64,000 nt of DNA from Gammaproteobacteria bacterium. Lineage in GTDB: Bacteria; Pseudomonadota; Gammaproteobacteria; Ga0077554; Ga007554. The notes beneath the pieces are model-generated. The model had not been told where the DNA came from. It did no database searches and saw nothing but the letters and a program-made list of their open reading frames with translations. This document shows positions 57,581-64,000 of this stretch, in pieces (the stretch's first letter is position 1; every line of letters begins with the position of its first letter). Location of the stretch: positions 18,821 to 82,820 of the forward strand of contig JAKFXX010000005.1 of the NCBI GenBank assembly GCA_021731145.1. The letters run 5' to 3'. Made by a program: the position numbers and the translations under genes.

Positions 57581-58701
57581 AGTTCGTTGACGAATACCGA
57601 GGCAAGGACGCCGCCGCGCGCATGGCGGCTGCAATCGCGCAGGTGACAACACGGCCCTGGACGATCATGGAGATATGCGGCGGGCAGACCCATGCCATCG
57701 TCAAATACGGCGTGGATCGCCTGTTGCCCGACACGATCACCCTGATACACGGTCCCGGCTGCCCGGTGTGTGTAACACCCGTGGAACTGATCGACAAAGC
57801 ACTTGAAATCGCCGCTCTCCCGGAGGTGATTTTCTGTTCTTTCGGTGACATGCTGCGCGTGCCCGGCTCACATAGCGACCTGCTCGCCGTCAAGGCCAAT
57901 GGCGGGGATGTGCGCATCGTCTATGCACCCCTGGACGCCGTCAAACTTGCACAGCGTCACCCCGAAAAACAGGTGGTATTTTTCGCGGTCGGCTTCGAGA
58001 CCACCGCGCCCGCCACGGCGCTGGCGGTGCTTCAGGCAAGCCGGCTGAACATCACCAATTTTTCCATGCTGGTTGCGCATGTGCGTGTGCCGCCAGCGAT
58101 GGAAGCGATTCTGGCCGCACCGCACAATCAGGTACAGGGCTTCCTCGCCGCCGGGCATGTATGCACCGTCATGGGCTACACAGAATATGAACCACTGGCG
58201 CAGCGTTACCGCACACCCATCATCGTCACCGGCTTCGAGCCGCTTGATATTCTGCACGGGATATACCTGTGCGTGAAACAACTCGAAGCAGGCCGCGCCA
58301 GCGTGGAAAACCAATACGCCCGTGCCGTGCGCAGAGAAGGAAGCCGCGAGGCGCAACAGCTCATCAGTGAGGTGTTTGAAGTGACCCACCGCCAATGGCG
58401 CGGACTGGGTGCCATTACAGACAGCGGCTTGGGATTACGCGAGCGCTACGCGGGGTTCGACACAGTACGGCGTTTCGGTGCAGCCGCCCCTGGCGCAACG
58501 ACACCTACTGAATGCATCAGCGGGCTGGTTTTGCAAGGGGTCAAAAAACCCCAGGAGTGCCCCGCCTTCGGCAAACGCTGCACGCCCGAACAACCGTTGG
58601 GTGCACCGATGGTTTCGACAGAAGGCGCCTGCGCGGCCTATTACCGTTACCGGCGTTCGCCGCCGCATTCACGCGCCACATTGCAAGAAACGAAGCCATG
58701 A
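57577..58701 (+). CDS. hypD: hydrogenase maturation factor HypD
   Basis: 374 aa. [13 protein letters not shown] and C-terminal [10 protein letters not shown] motifs. Confidence 0.9.
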   Translation: MKFVDEYRGKDAAARMAAAIAQVTTRPWTIMEICGGQTHAIVKYGVDRLLPDTITLIHGPGCPVCVTPVELIDKALEIAALPEVIFCSFGDMLRVPGSHSDLLAVKANGGDVRIVYAPLDAVKLAQRHPEKQVVFFAVGFETTAPATALAVLQASRLNITNFSMLVAHVRVPPAMEAILAAPHNQVQGFLAAGHVCTVMGYTEYEPLAQRYRTPIIVTGFEPLDILHGIYLCVKQLEAGRASVENQYARAVRREGSREAQQLISEVFEVTHRQWRGLGAITDSGLGLRERYAGFDTVRRFGAAAPGATTPTECISGLVLQGVKKPQECPAFGKRCTPEQPLGAPMVSTEGACAAYYRYRRSPPHSRATLQETKP

Positions 58702-59792
58702 CAGACGACATCGACACTGTAATCACATCAAGGCTCGTTCGCCCTGTAATCGAACCAGCACTCGTTTGCCCCGCCCCCATCAACCAGCATACACAAATCC
58801 TGCTGGCCCACGGTGGCGGCGGCAGGCTGATGCAGCAACTGCTCGACAGCGTGTTCCTGCCCGCCTTCGCCAACCCCTTGCTCAACGCGCGCCACGACGG
58901 CGCGGTGATCGAACTCGGCGCAACGCGGCTCGCCTTCACGACGGACTCTTACGTGGTACAACCGCTGTTCTTCCCCGGTGGCGATATCGGCAGCCTAGCG
59001 GTCAACGGCACCATCAATGACCTCGCCATGTGCGGCGCGCGGCCCTTGTTCTTGAGCGCGGGATTCATCATCGAAGAAGGCCTGCCCATGGAAACCCTGC
59101 AACAGGTGGTAACGTCGATGCGCCACGCCGCCCACGCCGCTGGTGTCACCATCGTCACGGGCGACACGAAAGTGGTGGACAAGGGCAAAGGCGACGGCCT
59201 GTTTATCAACACGGCCGGGATCGGCATCATCGAACACAGCTTGCGCATTGCACCTGATGCTGTGCAACCCGGCGACGCCATTCTGTTAAGCGGCGACATC
59301 GGACGCCACGGCATCGCCATCATGGCGATGCGCGAGGGATTGAATTTTGAAAGCGCGCTCGAAAGCGACTGCGCCGCGCTTGCCGCGCCCGTGCTGGAAC
59401 TCATTCACGCCGGCATCGGCATCCACTGCCTGCGCGACCTCACACGCGGTGGCCTGGCCGCCGCGCTCATCGAAATTGCCGAAGCCGCACGCCTGCAAAT
59501 CGACATTGAAGAAAGCCTCATCCCGGTGGTGCAAGAGGTACAAGGCGCCTGCGAACTGCTCGGCCTCGATCCGCTCCACGTTGCCAATGAAGGGCGCTTC
59601 GTCGCCTTTATTCCCGCCGCACACGTCAACCAAGCCCTCGACATTTTCCGTCTCCATCCATTGGGCCAAGAGGCCTGCCTGATCGGCCATGTGCAACACG
59701 GCATCGCCGGGCGGGTAACATTACAAAGCCGCATCGGCGTACAGCGTATCGTCGACAGACTCAGCGGCGAACAGCTACCGCGCATTTGTTGA
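58698..59792 (+). CDS. hypE: hydrogenase maturation factor HypE
   Basis: AIR-synthase-like fold. Ends ...PRIC (C-terminal Cys). Start set at [11 protein letters not shown], an ATGA overlap with hypD. The track ORF begins at 58512. Confidence 0.9.
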   Translation: MTDDIDTVITSRLVRPVIEPALVCPAPINQHTQILLAHGGGGRLMQQLLDSVFLPAFANPLLNARHDGAVIELGATRLAFTTDSYVVQPLFFPGGDIGSLAVNGTINDLAMCGARPLFLSAGFIIEEGLPMETLQQVVTSMRHAAHAAGVTIVTGDTKVVDKGKGDGLFINTAGIGIIEHSLRIAPDAVQPGDAILLSGDIGRHGIAIMAMREGLNFESALESDCAALAAPVLELIHAGIGIHCLRDLTRGGLAAALIEIAEAARLQIDIEESLIPVVQEVQGACELLGLDPLHVANEGRFVAFIPAAHVNQALDIFRLHPLGQEACLIGHVQHGIAGRVTLQSRIGVQRIVDRLSGEQLPRIC

Positions 59793-59866
59793 CAAGCCCG
59801 CAAGGCAAACCCCCGCTAAGGCTACATGTTCAAAAAAGCATACAGTTAAAGAGCGAGGCACCCATT

Positions 59867-60092
59867 AACCCGGATTGTCCATTAGCCCCAACACTGCTCA
59901 CTTAAAGTAGGTTGGGTCAAGCGAAGCGGACCCAACATTGCGCCCGTGACATTGTCACACCCGTAAAGGGCGCAATGCCTTTACGGTGAAAAGGGCACAA
60001 TGCACCCGTGAATCCCCGTGACCACCGTACACAACGCCTGAAGCGATGATTTTGTTGGGTCCGGAGCTTGCGCTCCTTGACCCAACCTACAC
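59867..60092. repeat. composite REP/MITE-like element (family A) carrying a nested ~95-bp insert of a second repeat family
   Basis: Same termini as the 29982-30150 element (cccggattgtccattagcccc...gacccaacctacaca). The insert gcccgtgacattgtcacacccgtaaagggcgcaatgcctttacggtg... has a relative at ~61559-61615. Confidence 0.5.
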
Positions 60093-60303
60093 ACTGCCAA
60101 CGCCCCTCTTCCCGCCCCCCATGAGTTTAGTCCATAAGCTTTTTCCAACATACCCCTAAAGCTCCTGTCCCACCCTGCCGATACTACCTTTGAGAGGAAG
60201 TATTTACAGTTTTCAGACTACCACGCAGGCCATTTTACAACCTATCAGTTACATATAGATGCCAACGGAAAGGCCACTGTCATTACGATGATTGAGGTGC
60301 GCT

Positions 60304-61347
60304 ATGACCAAAACAATTAATTTATTTGGCACGCTAAGCGTCTGGCTGCTGGTGACCATGGGCATACCAATCGCACAGGCGGACCACGCCGCCGGGCATG
60401 TCGACTTTAATTGGCAGCAGCGGGGCACCCTGAGCGGTACAGCGGACTTCAGTTGCGGGCGGGGCGTCTCCGACCCGGGGTGTAACATTGGCAGTTCCGC
60501 CGACCCCGACAAGACGGCATTTCTTCAGGAAATTGTTACCATCCAGGGGATCCAATATTTTCATTTGATCGTCGGCGGCGTCAACAGCAGCGGCAACCCG
60601 GTAAACCCGACCTCGGCCAACGAATCCACTGTTGCCTTCGGTCAGGAGGTCTTCATAAGAACACAAGGTGGTACGTTTTGTGTTGCAACAGTGTGCTCGT
60701 ACAGCGGCGGTAATGAGAGTGGTTTCAGCAATAACGGCAACGGCTATGATCCTCTTGCCAACAATATGACATCTAGCGGCACAGGAAATCGCTCTGGCTT
60801 TCCGACTCGGGTAATGATGAAGGAAGTAATGAACGATGGACAAATATCGCAAGTCTTTCTGAAAGACACCTTCGCCAATAAACCCATTATCACCCAGACC
60901 ATCACCTCGAAAGACACGGGTGGCACAACCGACATGACAGCCGAATTTAAAATTGACATGAGCAATAGTACATATAGCGATAATACCAAGGCCGGCTTAA
61001 TAACCAATAAGCTTACCTTCGCCGGGGCCAATGCCAAAATTCCTGGTAACTTTGATACCAATGGGCCAGATAATAGCTTTGTGACAGCCAACGCACAAAC
61101 GGGTAAAACCAATGTCACGGGCGGGCGCTATACCTTTGTTGAAGGCTCGGCGGGAAACAGCGGTACTTTTGGACAAGGAGTCTACACCTACATAAGCGGG
61201 GATGACGCCGCCACCACCCTGGATTGGAATGCCTTCCGTAATAACGTGGAGAACCCGCTTCAATATGGCACAACAACCTCTGTGCGCAAACGCTCTGGCG
61301 ATATCTGCAAATCCGCCAGCGCCGGCTCAATACCTGCCGGGTGCTAG
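60304..61347 (+). CDS. hypothetical secreted protein (Gly/Thr/Asn/Ser-rich), bounded by repeat elements
   Basis: Signal peptide MTKTINLFGTLSVWLLVTMGIPIAQA. No recognisable domain. The stop codon TAG is provided by the first bases (CTAG) of MITE copy 2. The track ORF starts at TTG at 60292. Confidence 0.5.
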   Translation: MTKTINLFGTLSVWLLVTMGIPIAQADHAAGHVDFNWQQRGTLSGTADFSCGRGVSDPGCNIGSSADPDKTAFLQEIVTIQGIQYFHLIVGGVNSSGNPVNPTSANESTVAFGQEVFIRTQGGTFCVATVCSYSGGNESGFSNNGNGYDPLANNMTSSGTGNRSGFPTRVMMKEVMNDGQISQVFLKDTFANKPIITQTITSKDTGGTTDMTAEFKIDMSNSTYSDNTKAGLITNKLTFAGANAKIPGNFDTNGPDNSFVTANAQTGKTNVTGGRYTFVEGSAGNSGTFGQGVYTYISGDDAATTLDWNAFRNNVENPLQYGTTTSVRKRSGDICKSASAGSIPAGC

Positions 61348-61474
61348 TATATGAACACATAAATTGTGCGGCGTAATGCCGCACGATTGTAGGTCGGCCT
61401 TCAGGCCGACATGTCTGGCTAAAGCCAGACCTACATGGGATTCGAATCATGTTTCGTAATTTATAATTTCATGT
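61344..61474 (+). mobile_element. 131-bp MITE-like element, copy 2 (inverted relative to copy 1)
   Basis: Near-identical to RC of 24431-24561. Both copies create the spurious ORFs beginning MIRIPCRSGFSQTCRPEGRPTIVRHYAA. Confidence 0.5.
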
Positions 61475-61748
61475 AATAGTCCAAAAGTAACGTCCCTACC
61501 CGCACGCGCCATCTTTAGGGGCCGTTAAGGAATAACCAGTGCTTTTCTGGTTAAGCCTCATTGTCACACCCGTGAAGGGCGCAATGCCTTACGGTGATTA
61601 CGGCCCCTTATGCCGTTCCCACCATTCTAAATGTACAGAGTAATTGTGAACGACGGCTTAATCATCACCGCTTAACGTCCCCAAACCCCACAATCCCTGG
61701 CGATCAGGTTATAATTTCACCCTGATCACTACATCAACAGTTATTAAA

Positions 61749-63800
61749 ATGCCTGCGACACCGCGAAAAATCCTCGTCACCAGTGCCTTACCCTACGCCA
61801 ACGGGCCGATCCACCTCGGCCATCTGGTCGAATATATCCAGACCGACATCTGGGTGCGCTTTCAGAAAATGCAGGGTAACCAGTGCATTTATGTGTGCGC
61901 CGATGACGCCCATGGCACGCCGATCATGCTGCGTGCCCAGCAGGAGGGCATTACGCCGGAGACGCTGATCGAGCGCATTGGCCAGGAGCACCGCGCCGAT
62001 TTTGCGGGCTTCGGCATCGGGTTTGACAATTATTACTCGACGCACTCGCCGGAAAACCAGGCGTTTGCGGGGCTGATCTACCAGCGCCTGCGCGAGGCCG
62101 GGCACATCACCACGCGCACCATCACGCAGGCTTACGATCCAGTAAAAAACATGTTCCTGCCGGACCGTTTCATCCGCGGCGAGTGTCCGCGTTGCGCGGC
62201 CAAGGATCAATACGGCGACAGTTGCGAGGTGTGCGGCGCCACGTATTCACCGACGGACCTGAAAAATCCAGTGTCGGCACTTTCCGGCGCGACGCCGGTT
62301 GAGAAAGAATCCGAACACTATTTCTTCAAGCTGGGCGATTTCGAGCCCATGTTGCGCGAGTGGACGCACGGTGGAGCATTGCAGAACGAAATTGCAAACA
62401 AGCTGAACGAATGGTTCGAGACGGGGCTCCAGGATTGGGATATCTCACGTGACGCGCCCTACTTCGGTTTCGAGATTCCGAACGCGCCGGGAAAGTACTT
62501 TTACGTATGGCTGGACGCGCCGATCGGCTACATGGCGAGTTTCAAGAACCTATGTGTCCGGGAAAACCATAGCTTTGACGACTACTGGGGGCCGGACAGC
62601 CAGGCAGAACTGTATCACTTCATCGGCAAGGATATCGTTTACTTCCATGCCCTGTTCTGGCCTGCCATGCTGGAGGGTGCCGGTTTCCGCAAGCCCACGG
62701 CGATCTTCGCGCACGGCTTTCTTACCATCAACGGCCAAAAGATGTCCAAATCGCGCGGCACGTTCATCAAGGCACGCACCTATCTGGATCACCTTGACCC
62801 CGAATATCTACGCTATTACTTCGCCAGCCGGATCAGCAACCGTGTAGAGGATATCGACCTTCAATTCGATGACTTCGTACAACGTGTCAATGCCGATCTC
62901 GTAGGCAAGGTAGTGAATATCGCCAGCCGCTGCGCGGGCTTCATCACCAAGCGCTTCGATGGCCGCCTGTCGGCCTACTGTAGCGAAGGCGGTTTATATG
63001 AGGTATTTTCCAGCGCGGGCAAGAGTATCGGTGAGCTTTACGAGGCGCGCGAATACAGCCGGGCGGTACGCGAGATCATGGCCCTGGCGGACCGCGCCAA
63101 CCAGTATATCGACGAAAAACAGCCGTGGGTAATCGCCAAGCAGCCAGAGCGCGAGACCGAATTGCAGAATGTGTGCAGTGCCGGCATCAACCTGTTCCGG
63201 GTATTGATGATCTACTTGAAGCCTATTCTGCCGGAGATGGCGGCCAAGGTTGAGGCATTCCTGGATATTCCGGAGCTTGCATGGAAAGACCTCCATACTC
63301 CGCTAACAGACCACCACATCAACACCTTTATCCCGCTTATGACACGCGTTGAGAAAGACAAGGTCGACGCCATGCTGGCCAGCGAAAAACCAGCGGAACC
63401 CGTTATCACAAGCGCGATTCAAACACAGAAGATCACGGAACACGCTGGTGCGCTGGCGAGCGATCCGATTAACGCCACGATCAATTTTGAAGACTTCGCC
63501 AAGATCGACCTGCGCATAGCACGTATCGCGCACGCCGAACACGTAGAGGGCGCGGAGAAGCTGCTCAAGCTGACGCTGGATCTGGGCGGCGAGACGCGCA
63601 CTGTGTTTGCGGGCATCAAATCAGCCTATGCCCCCGAAGATTTGGTAGGCAAGCTGACGGTGATGGCCGCCAACCTCGCGCCGCGCAAGATGAAGTTCGG
63701 CGTCTCCGAAGGCATGGTGCTGGCAGCCGGGCCGGGCGGCAAGGACATATTCCTGCTCTCGCCCGATGAAGGCGCACAGCCGGGAATGCGGGTGAAATAG
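61749..63800 (+). CDS. metG: methionyl-tRNA synthetase (with C-terminal tRNA-binding domain)
   Basis: HIGH motif (PIHLGH), KMSKS motif, zinc knuckle, C-terminal EMAP/Trbp111-like domain. Confidence 0.95.
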   Translation: MPATPRKILVTSALPYANGPIHLGHLVEYIQTDIWVRFQKMQGNQCIYVCADDAHGTPIMLRAQQEGITPETLIERIGQEHRADFAGFGIGFDNYYSTHSPENQAFAGLIYQRLREAGHITTRTITQAYDPVKNMFLPDRFIRGECPRCAAKDQYGDSCEVCGATYSPTDLKNPVSALSGATPVEKESEHYFFKLGDFEPMLREWTHGGALQNEIANKLNEWFETGLQDWDISRDAPYFGFEIPNAPGKYFYVWLDAPIGYMASFKNLCVRENHSFDDYWGPDSQAELYHFIGKDIVYFHALFWPAMLEGAGFRKPTAIFAHGFLTINGQKMSKSRGTFIKARTYLDHLDPEYLRYYFASRISNRVEDIDLQFDDFVQRVNADLVGKVVNIASRCAGFITKRFDGRLSAYCSEGGLYEVFSSAGKSIGELYEAREYSRAVREIMALADRANQYIDEKQPWVIAKQPERETELQNVCSAGINLFRVLMIYLKPILPEMAAKVEAFLDIPELAWKDLHTPLTDHHINTFIPLMTRVEKDKVDAMLASEKPAEPVITSAIQTQKITEHAGALASDPINATINFEDFAKIDLRIARIAHAEHVEGAEKLLKLTLDLGGETRTVFAGIKSAYAPEDLVGKLTVMAANLAPRKMKFGVSEGMVLAAGPGGKDIFLLSPDEGAQPGMRVK

Positions 63801-63804
63801 CCGT

Positions 63805-63885
63805 CCGCGTGGGCACGTTGTGCCCACCCTTCTTTTAAAAGCCGAGCCGAGTAGGGTGGGCACAGTTTTACCGTGCCCACGCGGT
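63805..63885. repeat. REP doublet (REPIN-like) of the GTGGGCAC family immediately upstream of a RAYT gene
   Basis: Hairpins ccgcgtgggcacgttgtgcccac and gggtgggcacagttttaccgtgcccacgcgg. The outer arms ccgcgtgggcac / gtgcccacgcgg are also complementary. Confidence 0.5.
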
Positions 63886-63909
63886 CGCAATGTCGTAAAA
63901 TACACCACC

Positions 63910-64000
63910 ATGTCACGTTATCGTCGCGCATCGGTTGCTGGTTCAACCTATTTTTTTACGGTGGTCGCTTATCGGCGGCAGCCGATTCTATGCAACGAAG
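63910..64000 (+). CDS. REP-associated tyrosine transposase (RAYT, IS200/IS605-like), N-terminal 30 codons (runs off window end)
   Basis: MSRYRRASVAGSTYFFTVVAYRRQPILCNE... matches the RAYT N-terminus (YRR...GGTYFFTV). Lies next to a REP doublet. Confidence 0.5.
   Translation, partial: MSRYRRASVAGSTYFFTVVAYRRQPILCNE

Overview
This window is a proteobacterial chromosomal segment with a Pseudomonas/Vibrio-style polar-flagellum gene order. Almost everything in the first ~37 kb is on the minus strand.

Coordinates 1-7.7 kb hold a conspicuously AT-rich Che2/F7-type chemotaxis cluster: cheD (partial), a frameshifted cheR, a soluble globin + 3xPAS + MCP receptor ending in the CheR-tethering-like pentapeptide EWEEF, a small acidic ORF, cheW, cheA, cheY and a STAS protein. 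It abuts a GC-rich flagellar regulon: fliJ-I-H-G-F-E, fleR-fleS-fleQ, a PilZ-like ORF, a FliT-like ORF, fliS, fliD, flaG, fliC, a second flaG plus a decayed second fliC, flgL-K-J-I-H-G-F-E-D-C-B, cheR and cheV.

Downstream come an IS-remnant-flanked trimeric autotransporter adhesin and the divergent flgA-flgM-flgN-flgZ(ycgR-like) unit, then tRNA-Ala(CGC) and tRNA-Arg(CCT). A ~7.2 kb P4-like satellite/integrative element sits in tRNA-Arg. It carries an integrase, a DUF4258 toxin with an MqsA-like antitoxin plus an unknown 195-aa ORF in the position of the known satellite defence hotspot, AlpA, and a split zinc-finger + primase-helicase with two TGTTACG iteron clusters. Its attR overlaps the 3' end of a hydrogenase maturation protease gene.

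The rest of the window holds a four-subunit group-3b-like NiFe hydrogenase, hypA-hypF-hypC-hypD-hypE, a secreted hypothetical protein, metG and the start of a RAYT transposase with its REP doublet.

Other notable points:
- At least three families of REP/MITE-like elements, including a 131-bp MITE present in two inverted copies.
- Relics of an ancestral flagellin-locus duplication: a fliC pseudogene that keeps its sigma28 promoter, and a chimeric fliS'-fliD' fragment.
- A perfect 23-bp inverted repeat embedded in-frame in a hydrogenase subunit gene.

CDS coordinates follow the ORF track. Where a start was refined, it was recomputed from codon positions in the track translation. Non-ORF coordinates were read by hand and may be off by up to about 10 nt.
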